In this document: positions 8,102 through 17,345 of the stretch, in pieces
How the letters are laid out: each line of letters begins with the position of its first letter
Numbering within the stretch: the stretch's first letter is position 1
DNA from: Pseudomonas aeruginosa
GTDB lineage: Bacteria > Pseudomonadota > Gammaproteobacteria > Pseudomonadales > Pseudomonadaceae
Length of the DNA: 32,000 nucleotides
Reading direction: 5' to 3'
Assembly (NCBI RefSeq): GCF_001457615.1
Contig: NZ_LN831024.1
Coordinates: 60,001-92,000, forward strand
The notes under the pieces: model-generated
Told to the model about the DNA's origin: nothing
Database searches by the model: none
What the model saw: the letters and a program-made list of their open reading frames with translations, nothing else
Translations under genes and position numbers: made by a program

Positions 8102-8530
8102 TCAGGCGTCGGGCATCTCGCCGCGTTCGCCGAGCCCCACCGGCATGCCTTCCACGCCGGCATGGAACAGCAGGGCTTCCACCGGTTCGGCCCCGGCTAT
8201 CAGGCGATGGATGATGTTCATCAGGCAGCCCGCCGCCTCGCCTTCCAGCACCCGCGTGCTCTGAGCACCGTCGCGGGTCTCCAGGCGCAGTTCGCCCTTG
8301 AGCACATAGAGCGCGCTGGGCATCGGATGGACCTGCCAGTCCAGGCGTTCGTGGGCGGCCAGGCTCAGGCGCTGCACGGTGAGCTGTGGCTGGCCGAGGG
8401 GATAGCCGAGGTAGAGCGAGCCGTTCCAGGCGCAGCCGCTGCGCAGCAGGGTTTCGCGGTGCGGACTGGTTGCGGCCGGGAGGTCGCGGCTGGGTGGGAA
8501 CACATGCACGTGGCTGGGGCGAAGGTCCAT
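8102..8530 (-). CDS. Cupin-domain protein
   Basis: 142-aa ORF; single cupin signatures LDWQVHPMPSALYVLKGELRLETRDGAQSTRVLEGEAAGCL (PA0052-like). Start codon uncertain. Confidence 0.75.
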   Translation of the reverse strand: MDLRPSHVHVFPPSRDLPAATSPHRETLLRSGCAWNGSLYLGYPLGQPQLTVQRLSLAAHERLDWQVHPMPSALYVLKGELRLETRDGAQSTRVLEGEAAGCLMNIIHRLIAGAEPVEALLFHAGVEGMPVGLGERGEMPDA

Positions 8531-8796
8531 CGGGCGTCCTGCGCTTGTCGGTATTTTTCCTCAGTCAAGCCGGCTTTCACCGCCTGCTCCACTGCCGCTT
8601 CTGCTAGGCGGCAGCGGGCCATCAACGTTCGAGGCTCGTCTGCAGGCTGCTAGGCCATGTTGCGGTGCGCCTTGCCAGTGCTTCCGGTTTCGAGAGGACA
8701 TCTGTTCCCTGCCTGCACTGGTATATGCTTGAACACTGAATATTCGTCCCCTGCCCGGGGCAGGCAGGTCCGGGAAGTGGATCCTTGGAGGTACAT

Positions 8797-8967
8797 ATGT
8801 CGCGATCGCTGCGCAAATCGAAGAAACTCGTCATTCCTCCCCGTCCTCGCGATGAGGTCGTGCGCGCGCGCCCGGCCTTGGGAGAACATCAGAAGCAGGT
8901 CGAGAACGCCTTTGCCCTGGCCTTCGAACGCTACGAAAAAACCTTCGAAGAGCTGGCCAAGGTTTAA
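8797..8967 (+). CDS. Small charged protein, putative antitoxin partner of the downstream Doc/Fic protein
   Basis: 56 aa from ATG 8797 (MSRSLRKSKKLVIPPRPRDEVVRARPALGEHQKQVENAFALAFERYEKTFEELAKV), RBS TTGGAGG, 2 nt before the toxin start codon. Confidence 0.6.
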   Translation: MSRSLRKSKKLVIPPRPRDEVVRARPALGEHQKQVENAFALAFERYEKTFEELAKV

Positions 8968-8969
8968 GC

Positions 8970-9440
8970 ATGTCGCAAGACCAGCAAGGGATACGCTATC
9001 TCTCCGTTGCAGATCTCGTTCGCCTCAATGAGTTGCTCATCCTGGCCCAGACTCCGGACGAGCCGATAGGCGTCCTCAAACCGAACGAGTTGGAGTCCGC
9101 ACAGCAACGGCCAGCCAACCATCGTTACTATGCTCGAACCGACGATATCATCACGCTGGCTGCGGTCTTTGCGGAAAGCTTGGCAATGAACCACTGCTTT
9201 GCCAATGGCAACAAACGCACGGCGGCGGCGGCCGCTACGGTTTTCCTCCTGCTCAATGGCATAGAGCTGACGGGGCCCGCTCAGGACTTCGTCGACATCA
9301 TGGTCGCCCTCGTGACTCGTGAAGCGAGCGTTCAGGACCTGGAAGACTGGATGTTCTACTGGCACAGACCATTCGACGCTTACAACCTGCCGGACAGCGA
9401 CGCTTTCGAGCGAATGGTCGCCCGCTTGGGCATTGGTTAG
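8970..9440 (+). CDS. Death-on-curing (Doc)/Fic-family toxin
   Basis: 156-aa ORF with the Fic/Doc active-site motif HCFANGNKRTAAAAATVFLLLNG and the Doc-like N-terminal layout LSVADLVRLNELLI. Confidence 0.85.
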   Translation: MSQDQQGIRYLSVADLVRLNELLILAQTPDEPIGVLKPNELESAQQRPANHRYYARTDDIITLAAVFAESLAMNHCFANGNKRTAAAAATVFLLLNGIELTGPAQDFVDIMVALVTREASVQDLEDWMFYWHRPFDAYNLPDSDAFERMVARLGIG

Positions 9441-9456
9441 TCCGTAGAACGCCTTC

Positions 9457-10005
9457 TCAAGCCTCGCGGATGAACCGCACGGGTACCCGCTCGGTCAGCC
9501 AGACGCCGTTCTCCGCCTGGTGGAATAGGTGCCCGGCCAGGTGCATGTCGCGCGCGTCGATTTCCAGCAGAACCGGGCTGCCGTAGCGGCGGCCGACTTC
9601 CAGGGCGGTGGCGCGGCGGGCGGAGAGATGGACGTGGTGGCGGCTGCCGGGAACCAGGCCGCGCTCGCGGATGGAGTCGAGGAAGCGGCTGGCGGTGCCG
9701 TGGTAGAGCACTGCGGGCGGGACCGCGGGGGCGTAGGCGATGGCCACCGCGGCATGCGAGTGGCCTTGCACGGCGCGGATGCGCTGGCCATCGGCGGAGA
9801 GGGCGAAGCGCTTCTTGTCGTTGTTCTCGACCACCGCGCCGAGCAGCATGCGGTCGAGGGCGCGGCCGTCCCGCGCCGCGCCGGCGATCAGGGCGTCGAT
9901 GTCGGCCCAGCCTTCGCCGTCCAGCGTCAGGCCGATGGCCTCGGGCTGGTGGCGAAGGACATAGCTGAGGAACTTGCTGGTGTCGTCGAGGGTTTTCCGA
10001 TCCAT
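9457..10005 (-). CDS. kptA: RNA 2'-phosphotransferase, Tpt1/KptA family
   Basis: 182 aa; [62 protein letters not shown] and GVWLTERVP are diagnostic KptA motifs (PA0054-like). Confidence 0.93.
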   Translation of the reverse strand: MDRKTLDDTSKFLSYVLRHQPEAIGLTLDGEGWADIDALIAGAARDGRALDRMLLGAVVENNDKKRFALSADGQRIRAVQGHSHAAVAIAYAPAVPPAVLYHGTASRFLDSIRERGLVPGSRHHVHLSARRATALEVGRRYGSPVLLEIDARDMHLAGHLFHQAENGVWLTERVPVRFIREA

Positions 10006-10043
10006 TCCATGGTCCTTGTGCGTGCCATCCCGGCGCGGGAACC

Positions 10044-10550
10044 TCAGGCGCCGCCGAGGAAGTCCATCTTGCCCAGTTCGACGCCGTTGTGGCGGAGGAT
10101 GGCGTAGGCGGTGGTGACGTGGAAGAAGAAGTTGGGCAGGGCGAAGCCGAAGAGGAAGTCGCGGCCGTTGAAGCTGATCTCCTGGCCGCGCACCTTGAGG
10201 GTCACGTTGCGCTCTTCGGCGCCGTCCAGTTGTTCCTCGCGGATGCCCTCGAGGAACTCGACGGTGCGGGCGATGCGTGCCTGGAGTTCGTCGAAGGTGG
10301 TTTCCGTATCCGCGTAGCTCGGCACTTCCAGCCCGGCCAGCCGCGCGCCGGCGCCCTTGGCGGCGTCGCTGGCGATCTGCACCTGGCGCGCCAGGGGGAA
10401 CATGTCCGGCGCCAGCCGGGCGTCGATGAAGATGCGCGGATCGATGTTCTTCGCTTCGGCGTGGGCGGCGGCTTTCTTCAGGATCGCCGAGAGGTTGCCG
10501 AGGGTGCGCAGGAAGGTCGGGATCGAAGCCTGGTAGATCGACAGGGACAT
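10044..10550 (-). CDS. DUF1993 family protein
   Basis: 168 aa; [34 protein letters not shown]...[29 protein letters not shown] is typical of DUF1993 (PA0055-like). Confidence 0.87.
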   Translation of the reverse strand: MSLSIYQASIPTFLRTLGNLSAILKKAAAHAEAKNIDPRIFIDARLAPDMFPLARQVQIASDAAKGAGARLAGLEVPSYADTETTFDELQARIARTVEFLEGIREEQLDGAEERNVTLKVRGQEISFNGRDFLFGFALPNFFFHVTTAYAILRHNGVELGKMDFLGGA

Positions 10551-10615
10551 GGACGTGCTCCAGACAGGGGATAAAGGTGCGTCGAAGGCGGCGCGTCCAG
10601 CAGTCTACCCGGCTT

Positions 10616-11536
10616 TCACGCCAGCGCCAGGGGGCCCGCCTCGTCCCAGTGCGGATCGGCCGCCATCCGTTCGACCAGGAAGTCCAGCAGCGCCCGCAGC
10701 GCCGGCGGCATCTGCCGGCGCGAGGCGTACACCGCGTGGATGCCGAGCACCTGCGGCGACCACTCCGGCAGCAGCGCCACCAGGCGTCCGCTACGGATCA
10801 GCGGGGCTGCCGAGTACAGCGGCTGCTGGCTGATCCCGGCACCGGCGGCGGCGGCCTCCAGCAGCACGGTGGATTCGTTGGCGCTGAGACTGCCACCCAC
10901 CGGCACGCTGGTCGGCTCGCCGTCGCGCTCGAACTGCCAGAGACTGCGGCCGAAGTAGGAGTAGGTCAGGCAGTTGTGCAGCGCCAGGTCCTCCGGGCGC
11001 CGCGGGGTGCCGTGGCGGCGCAGGTAGTCCGGCGCGGCGCAGATCACCGAGCGGCATTCGCCGAGGCGGCGGGCGATCAGGTTGGGGTCGAGCTGGTTGG
11101 CGATGCGCAGGGCCAGGTCGATGCGCTCCTCCACCAGGTTGACCACCTGGCTGTTGACCTGCAGGTCGATGGCGGTGCCCGGGTAGCGCTCGACGAAGGC
11201 GGCGGCGGCACGGGTCAGCCAGGCCTGGGCGAAGGACAGGCTGCTGGTGATGCGCAGAGTGCCGCGCGGGCTGTCGCGGCGGGTCTGGCCGGTGGCCTGC
11301 ATGGCGTCGGCCACGGCGAGCATCTCGCGGCACTGTGGCAACAGCTCCGCGCCGGCGTCGGTCAGGCTCAGGCGGCGGGTGCTGCGGTGCAGCAGGCGTG
11401 CGCCGACCCACTCCTCCAACTCGGCGAGGTAGCGCGAGACCATCGCCCGGGACATGTCCAGACGCTCGGCGGCGGCGGTCTGGCTGCCGCTGTCGATGAC
11501 TTCGACGAAGACGCGAGTGGCGGTCAGGCGGTCCAT
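10616..11536 (-). CDS. LysR-family transcriptional regulator
   Basis: [62 protein letters not shown] is a LysR HTH. The start is placed at 11536, not the track's 11626. Divergent from the MBL gene. Confidence 0.93.
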   Translation of the reverse strand: MDRLTATRVFVEVIDSGSQTAAAERLDMSRAMVSRYLAELEEWVGARLLHRSTRRLSLTDAGAELLPQCREMLAVADAMQATGQTRRDSPRGTLRITSSLSFAQAWLTRAAAAFVERYPGTAIDLQVNSQVVNLVEERIDLALRIANQLDPNLIARRLGECRSVICAAPDYLRRHGTPRRPEDLALHNCLTYSYFGRSLWQFERDGEPTSVPVGGSLSANESTVLLEAAAAGAGISQQPLYSAAPLIRSGRLVALLPEWSPQVLGIHAVYASRRQMPPALRALLDFLVERMAADPHWDEAGPLALA

Positions 11537-11643
11537 GATTCGCTCGATCCATGCAACAAAGCTGTGATTATTGCGGGGCTTTTTGCGCGCTTTCAAGCAA
11601 CTAACATGGCAAGCCTCTGATCCCACTGCCTGGAGAACCGCTC

Positions 11644-12531
11644 ATGTCGCGCCATGGATTGCTTCGTTCCCTGTTCGCCGCCGCCGCCCTGCTGGGGGCC
11701 GCCGGCGTCTTCGCCGCCAGCGCCGAACCGCTGCGGCTGGAGGTCTACAACCCCGGCGAGAAGGCGATCTTCGCCGTGTCCTCGGAACTGCTGGTGGGCC
11801 AGCGCGAGGCGATGCTGATCGACGCGCAGTTCTCCCGCGCCGACGCCGAGCAACTGGTCAAGCGTATCCAGGCCAGCGGCAAGACCCTCAGCACTATCTA
11901 CATCAGCCACGGCGACCCGGACTTCTACTTCGGCCTCGACGTGCTGAAGGCCGCCTTCCCCGAGGCGAAGATCCTCGCGACGGCGCAGACCGTCGCACAC
12001 ATCCAGGCGACCAAGGACGCCAAGCTGGCCTACTGGGGGCCGATCCTCAAGGACAACGCGCCGACGTCGCTGGTGGTGCCGGAGCCGCTGAAGGGCGACC
12101 AGTTGAAGCTGGAAGGCCATGCCCTGAAGGTGGTCGACCTGAAGGGGCCGAGCCCGGACCGCACGGTGCTGTGGATTCCGTCGCTGAAGACGGTGGTTGG
12201 TGGCGTGCTGGTGGAATCCGGTTCGCACGTCTGGACCGCCGATACCCAGACCCAGGCCTCGCGCCAGGCCTGGGTGGCGATGCTCGACCGGATCGAGGCG
12301 CTGCAACCGCGGCGCGTGGTGCCCGGCCATTTCACCGGCGAGGAGCCGAAGGGCCTGGACGGCGTGCGCTTCACCCGTGACTACCTGAAGGCCCTGGAAG
12401 CCGAACTGCCCAAGGCCAGGGATTCCGCCGCGCTGGTCGAGGCGATGAAGCGCCGCTACCCGAACCTGCCGGGCGAGGAAGGCCTGGAGCTGAGCGCCAA
12501 GGTGCTCAAGGGCGAGATGCAGTGGCCCTGA
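11644..12531 (+). CDS. Secreted MBL-fold metallo-hydrolase
   Basis: 295 aa with signal peptide; LLIDAQFSRADAEQLVKRI, YISHGDPDFYFGLDVL and RRVVPGHFTG are degenerate MBL-fold motifs (PA0057-like). Confidence 0.85.
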   Translation: MSRHGLLRSLFAAAALLGAAGVFAASAEPLRLEVYNPGEKAIFAVSSELLVGQREAMLIDAQFSRADAEQLVKRIQASGKTLSTIYISHGDPDFYFGLDVLKAAFPEAKILATAQTVAHIQATKDAKLAYWGPILKDNAPTSLVVPEPLKGDQLKLEGHALKVVDLKGPSPDRTVLWIPSLKTVVGGVLVESGSHVWTADTQTQASRQAWVAMLDRIEALQPRRVVPGHFTGEEPKGLDGVRFTRDYLKALEAELPKARDSAALVEAMKRRYPNLPGEEGLELSAKVLKGEMQWP

Positions 12532-12593
12532 GCCGCGCCCGCCGATAGCCGCTGATCGAGGCGTCCCCTGCGGGGCGTCTCGTGGAGACCGAG

Positions 12594-13298
12594 ATGAACG
12601 ACCTCACCCTGCATTACCTCTACGATCCGCTCTGCGGCTGGTGCTACGGCGCCTCGCCGCTGCTCGCCGCCGCCTGCGAGGTGACGGGTCTGGACGTACG
12701 CCTGCATGGCGGCGGCATGATGACCGATGCCAACCGCCAGCCGGTCGGCGCCGGTCTGCGCCACTACGTGATGCCCCATGACCTGCGGATCGCCCAACTG
12801 ACCGGCCAGCCGTTCGGCAAGGACTACTTCGACGGCCTGCTGCGCGACACCAGCGCGGTATTCGACTCGGCCCCGCCGACCGCCGCCGTGCTTGCCGCCG
12901 AAGCGCTCGACGGCCTCGGCGCGGCGATGCTGGCGCGGATCCAGCGTGCCCACTACGTCGAGGGCCGGCGTATCGCCGAGCGTCCGGTGCTGCTCGAGCT
13001 GGGTGCCGAACTGGGGCTTGGCGAGGGCTTCGCCGAGGCGTTCGACGCCTGCTCCGGCGAGCCGCTGCGCGCGCACTTCGCCGACAGTCGGCGGCTGATG
13101 AACCGTCTCGGCGCCGCTGGCTTCCCGACCTTCGCCCTGGAGCGCGACGGCCGCCTGCAGGTGCTCGACACCGGGCGCTACCTCGGCCAGCCGGACGACT
13201 GGCGGGCTTTCCTCGAAACGCAGCTGCGCCTTGCCGGCGGCAGCGGTGCCGTGGGCGGGGCCGCGGCGCCGCTCTGCCGCATCGACGGTTGCGCCTGA
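12594..13298 (+). CDS. DsbA-family / FrnE-like protein with CGWC motif
   Basis: MNDLTLHYLYDPLCGWCYGASPLLAAA; thioredoxin-like CxxC plus the DsbA-like family C-terminal region (PA0058-like). Confidence 0.87.
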   Translation: MNDLTLHYLYDPLCGWCYGASPLLAAACEVTGLDVRLHGGGMMTDANRQPVGAGLRHYVMPHDLRIAQLTGQPFGKDYFDGLLRDTSAVFDSAPPTAAVLAAEALDGLGAAMLARIQRAHYVEGRRIAERPVLLELGAELGLGEGFAEAFDACSGEPLRAHFADSRRLMNRLGAAGFPTFALERDGRLQVLDTGRYLGQPDDWRAFLETQLRLAGGSGAVGGAAAPLCRIDGCA

Positions 13299-13411
13299 AT
13301 CCCGCCGCCGCGCAGGCGGACTGAACTTGTCCGGCTGCGTCGTCCTCCCATGTAGACATGCCCGCTCGCCGACGCGAGCGGATGTCCATCCACAGCTCCG
13401 GAGGAGTCGAC

Positions 13412-13837
13412 ATGAAGAAGACGGCATCGGCGGTCTGGCAAGGCGGCCTGAAAGACGGCAAGGGCACCCTTTCCACCGAAAGCGGCGCGCTCAAAGACAA
13501 CCCCTATGGCTTCAATACCCGCTTCGAGGGCGCACCGGGAACCAACCCGGAAGAGCTGATCGGCGCGGCCCACGCCGGCTGCTTCAGCATGGCCCTGTCG
13601 ATGATGCTCGGTGAGGCCGGCCTGACCGCCGAACGTATCGAGACCCGCGCCGAGGTCACCCTCGACAAGCAGTCCGACGGTTTCGCCATCACTGCCGTGC
13701 ACCTGGTGCTCAGGGCGCGCGTGCCGGGGGCGGACGCGCAGACCTTCGAGCAGATCGCCAACAAGGCCAAGGCCGGTTGCCCGGTATCCAAGGTGCTCAA
13801 CGCGAAGATCAGCCTGGACGCCAGCCTCGACGGCTGA
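13412..13837 (+). CDS. osmC: OsmC, organic hydroperoxide resistance/peroxiredoxin
   Basis: 141 aa from ATG 13412 (MKKTASAVWQGGLKDGKGTLSTESGALKDNPYGFNTRFEG...GTNPEELIGAAHAGCFSMALS), with an SD sequence GGAG upstream. Confidence 0.95.
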   Translation: MKKTASAVWQGGLKDGKGTLSTESGALKDNPYGFNTRFEGAPGTNPEELIGAAHAGCFSMALSMMLGEAGLTAERIETRAEVTLDKQSDGFAITAVHLVLRARVPGADAQTFEQIANKAKAGCPVSKVLNAKISLDASLDG

Positions 13838-13947
13838 GCGGAACGCTTCCCCAGCCCGGCGAACTGGCCCTGGCCTGCCGCAGTCGAATGCGGCAGGATG
13901 CGCTGCGCAGCACTCGGCTGCCAGGCATCGACGAGGAGTGACGGGTC

Positions 13948-14181
13948 ATGAAAACCATCGGGCTGGGGATTGCCGCCTTGCTGTTCAGCGCCACGGCGCT
14001 GGCCGCGCCGAAGCCGTGCGAGGAACTCAAGGCGGAGATCGAGACCAAGATCCAGTCGGCCGGGGTGACCTCTTACACCCTGGAGATCGTGCGCAACGAC
14101 GAAGTCAGCGACCCGAACATGGTGGTCGGCAGTTGCGAGAACGGCACCAAGAAGATCATCTACCAGAAGAACGACGACTGA
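13948..14181 (+). CDS. DUF1161 periplasmic small protein
   Basis: 77 aa with signal peptide; PCEELKAEIETKIQSAGVTSYTLEIV...VVGSCENGTKKIIY (PA0060-like). Confidence 0.88.
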   Translation: MKTIGLGIAALLFSATALAAPKPCEELKAEIETKIQSAGVTSYTLEIVRNDEVSDPNMVVGSCENGTKKIIYQKNDD

Positions 14182-14192
14182 GCCGCTGCGTT

Positions 14193-14630
14193 TCAGTACG
14201 GCGGGCAGCGGCTGGTCTGGAAGTTCGAACGGGCGACCACCTCGCCACGCTCGTCGCTCAGTAGCGCCAGCGCCCTGCGCAATTGCGGGCGCACCTCCAG
14301 GCGATAGCGCCGGCCCGCCTCGAAGCCGTCATAGACCACCTGCTGGTAGCAGTTGATCTGCACCGGCTCGCCGAAGCCGCCGCCCCCGCCGCCGGAACCG
14401 CCATAGAGTTCGTACTGGAAGCGCACCTCCAGCACATGGCGTCCCGGAGTGACCTGGAAGTAGCGCCCGTCGCTCAACCGCTCGCCGTCCAGGCGCTCGG
14501 CCAGCAGGGTGTTGGCCGGCGCGCTGCGCAGCTCGACCCAGGCCATCTGCGGGTCCGGCTGCGGCAGCGGTCCGGCGCAGCCGGCGAGGAGCAGCAGCGC
14601 GAGCGGGACGAGACGGGTGAGTGGACGCAT
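14193..14630 (-). CDS. Hypothetical lipoprotein, paralog of the adjacent gene
   Basis: 145 aa; lipobox LLLLAGCAG; AWVELRSAP...GRYFQVTPGRHVLEVRFQYE (PA0061-like). Confidence 0.82.
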   Translation of the reverse strand: MRPLTRLVPLALLLLAGCAGPLPQPDPQMAWVELRSAPANTLLAERLDGERLSDGRYFQVTPGRHVLEVRFQYELYGGSGGGGGGFGEPVQINCYQQVVYDGFEAGRRYRLEVRPQLRRALALLSDERGEVVARSNFQTSRCPPY

Positions 14631-14686
14631 GGGGCGGGCTCCGGAGGGTGTTCAGCTCCTAGCATAGCGCCCTCGCCTTGCGCCGT

Positions 14687-15103
14687 TCAGACCTTCGCGC
14701 AGCGCCCCTCGCGGCCGCGCGCCAGTTCCCTGTTGTCCTGGTCGTAGAGCTTCGCCCAGGGACGGAAGCCGATGTGCCCGGCCTCCAGGCGGTAGCGCTG
14801 GCCGGCGCTGAAGTCCTTGAACTTGAGGTTGAGCTGGCAATCGCGCCAGAGCGGGCTGTCCACGGGGCCGATGTTGGTCGGGTCGACGGTGAACTGGTAG
14901 CGCACCGTGAGTTCGCGGGTGCCGGGATCGACCTCGAAGTAGCGCGTGCGGTCCCAGCTCTTGTCGTCGACTTCCACGGCGGCGAGATCGGCGTCGGGCT
15001 GGGTATCGAGGTCGACCCAGGCGCGGTTCGGGTCGGGGGTGGGCATCAGCAGTGAGCAGCCGCTCAGGACGAGCAGGCCACCGGCAAGCAGCAGCGTACG
15101 CAT
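14687..15103 (-). CDS. Hypothetical lipoprotein, paralog of the adjacent gene
   Basis: 138 aa; lipobox LLVLSGCSL; AWVDLDTQP...TRYFEVDPGTRELTVRYQFT (PA0062-like). Confidence 0.82.
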   Translation of the reverse strand: MRTLLLAGGLLVLSGCSLLMPTPDPNRAWVDLDTQPDADLAAVEVDDKSWDRTRYFEVDPGTRELTVRYQFTVDPTNIGPVDSPLWRDCQLNLKFKDFSAGQRYRLEAGHIGFRPWAKLYDQDNRELARGREGRCAKV

Positions 15104-15242
15104 AGAAGACTCCGAAGCTCCTTTAACCCGGCCGCCATCCGTCGCGCCTTGGAAAAACGCCTTGCGTTCCTCCGCCTCGCCGGATCGCGGACCGGTGCTG
15201 GTAGGGCGGCGGGCGGTCCGCGTGCTGTGCTATGTTCCGCCC

Positions 15243-16322
15243 ATGCCACGCCGCCTTCGCCATCCGCTTGCTGACCTTCGACTGCCCCGTTGGGTTCCCT
15301 GCCTGGCGCTGTTGGCGCTGAGCGGTTGCTCGACCGTCTCCTACTACGGGCAACTGGCCAGCGGCCAGTTCGCCCTGCTGCGCGCCCGCGAGCCGGCCGC
15401 CGCGGTGATCGCCGACCCGCAGCGCGACGCGCGCTTGCGCGAACGCCTGGCGAAGGCGGAAAAGGCCCGGCAATTCGCCAGCGAACGCCTCGGCCTGCCG
15501 GACAACCGCAGCTATCGCCTGTACGCCGATATCGGCCGGCCCTACGTGGTATGGAACGTGTTCGCCACCCCGGAGCTGTCGCTGCAGCCGGTCACCCATT
15601 GCTTCCCCATCGCCGGCTGCGTGGCCTACCGCGGCTACTACAGCGAGGCCGCCGCGCGCGCCGAGGCGGCGCGCCAGCGGGCGCTCGGCGACGACGTCTA
15701 CGTCGGCGGGGTGCAGGCCTACTCGACCCTCGGCTGGTTCGACGATCCGATCCTCAGCAGCATGCTGCGCTGGGACGACGAACGGCTGGCGACCTTGATC
15801 TTCCACGAACTGGCGCACCAGAAGTTCTACCTGCGCGACGACACCGCCTTCAACGAATCCTTCGCCACCTTCGTCGAACAGGAAGGTACCCGCCAGTGGC
15901 GCGAGTATCGTGGACTGCCGCCGGCGGACGGCCGCGAGGAGAAGCGCCGCGAGCAGTTCACCGCGCTGGTCCTGGCCAGTCGTGCGCGCCTCGAAGCACT
16001 TTATGCCGGGCCGTTGGACGATGCCGCCAAGCGTGCCGGCAAGGCTGCCGAATTCCAGCGCCTGCGCCGCGAGTACGCGGCGCTGAGCCAGCGCGAATGG
16101 GGTGGCGAGTCGCCGTTCAAGGCCTGGATCGACGCGCCGTTCAACAATGCCAAGCTGCTTCCCTTCGGCCTCTACGACCAATGGGTGGCGGCGTTCGCCG
16201 TGCTGTTCCGCCAGGTCGGCGGCAACTGGCCGGCGTTCTATGCGCGGGTCCGTGCCCTTGGCCAGCTCCCCCTGGCGGAGCGCCAGGCGGCGTTGCAGCG
16301 GCTGGCCGCCGCAGCGCCCTGA
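15243..16322 (+). CDS. Predicted zinc aminopeptidase (COG4324-type) lipoprotein
   Basis: ATG at 15243; lipobox LLALSGCSTVSYYGQLASGQ; zinc motif LIFHELAHQKFYLRDDTAFNESFATFVEQEG (PA0063-like). The track's start at 14946 overextends. Confidence 0.87.
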   Translation: MPRRLRHPLADLRLPRWVPCLALLALSGCSTVSYYGQLASGQFALLRAREPAAAVIADPQRDARLRERLAKAEKARQFASERLGLPDNRSYRLYADIGRPYVVWNVFATPELSLQPVTHCFPIAGCVAYRGYYSEAAARAEAARQRALGDDVYVGGVQAYSTLGWFDDPILSSMLRWDDERLATLIFHELAHQKFYLRDDTAFNESFATFVEQEGTRQWREYRGLPPADGREEKRREQFTALVLASRARLEALYAGPLDDAAKRAGKAAEFQRLRREYAALSQREWGGESPFKAWIDAPFNNAKLLPFGLYDQWVAAFAVLFRQVGGNWPAFYARVRALGQLPLAERQAALQRLAAAAP

Positions 16323-16329
16323 CGCCTGC

Positions 16330-17313
16330 TCAGGCGGCGAGCTGGTCGGCGTAGCACCAGCGCGTGGCCAGCCGGCCGATCGGCCAGAGAAGCGCCAACA
16401 GGCCGACGCCGAGCAGCGCCACCAGCAGCGTATAGCCGATGCCAGCGGGCGCCAGGCCGAGGATCATCAGCAGCGCCAGCCCCCCGCCGACCGCCAGCAG
16501 CGCGACGCTCCAGAGCAGCATGGCGACCACCGCGAGCAGCAGCGCGCGGCCGGCGGCGAAGCGTTGCAGGCGCGCCGGCAGGCGCGTGCAGACGGCGCCG
16601 AAGAGCAGCGCCGCGGGCAGCGCCACGCCGCTCAGGTACAGGCCGTATAGCCAAGGCTCGTCGTAGCGCAGCAGGGCGTAGGGAAGGAACTGCATCAGCT
16701 TGAAACACAGCGTGGCGAAACACAGCGCGGCGCCCAGGGCGACCTGCCAGGCAGCGACGCGGGCTTCTTCCCCTTCGGCCAGGCGCGGCGAGTTCACCCG
16801 GCTGCCGAGCAGCACCAGCCCCAGCGGCAGCAGGCTGCCCAGGAGCAGGTAGACCCAGCTCATCGCTTCGTTGAACGCCATCAGCCAGACGCCGTAGCTG
16901 GATTGCGCCGTCACCCACTGGTAGAACGGCAGCGTCAGCGGTGCCAGGCCGATCCCGGCGAGCATGCCGCAGACCAGGTTGAGCAGACCGTAGCCGATCA
17001 GCAGCAGCGCCAGCGGGCGGAACTCGACGAGCCGCCGCTTCTCGCGGTAGGCATGCAGCACCAGCAGGTTGGCCGCCGCGTAGAACACCAGGCCGGTGAA
17101 CCAGTGCGGCGCCATCAGTTGCAGGTGCTCGGAGAAACGCTGGCGGATCTCGCCGATGTCGTTGTACCACTGGATGCCCAGGCTCACGGCGAAGGACAGG
17201 CAGGTGACCAGCGCCAGCACCGCGATGAACGCATAGGGCTGGGTGGTGGCGGGCACCTCTCTGGCCGGCGGCTGCACCGGGGCGGTGGGGGTGGCGAAGG
17301 GATTGTCGGTCAT
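16330..17313 (-). CDS. Multi-pass integral membrane protein of unknown function
   Basis: MTDNPFATPTAPVQPP followed by many hydrophobic segments (PA0064-like). ATG at 17313; the longer 503-aa ORF is a frame extension. Confidence 0.78.
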   Translation of the reverse strand: MTDNPFATPTAPVQPPAREVPATTQPYAFIAVLALVTCLSFAVSLGIQWYNDIGEIRQRFSEHLQLMAPHWFTGLVFYAAANLLVLHAYREKRRLVEFRPLALLLIGYGLLNLVCGMLAGIGLAPLTLPFYQWVTAQSSYGVWLMAFNEAMSWVYLLLGSLLPLGLVLLGSRVNSPRLAEGEEARVAAWQVALGAALCFATLCFKLMQFLPYALLRYDEPWLYGLYLSGVALPAALLFGAVCTRLPARLQRFAAGRALLLAVVAMLLWSVALLAVGGGLALLMILGLAPAGIGYTLLVALLGVGLLALLWPIGRLATRWCYADQLAA

Positions 17314-17345
17314 GTCAGGCGTCCTTGTCTGAAACGGAGCATGGG

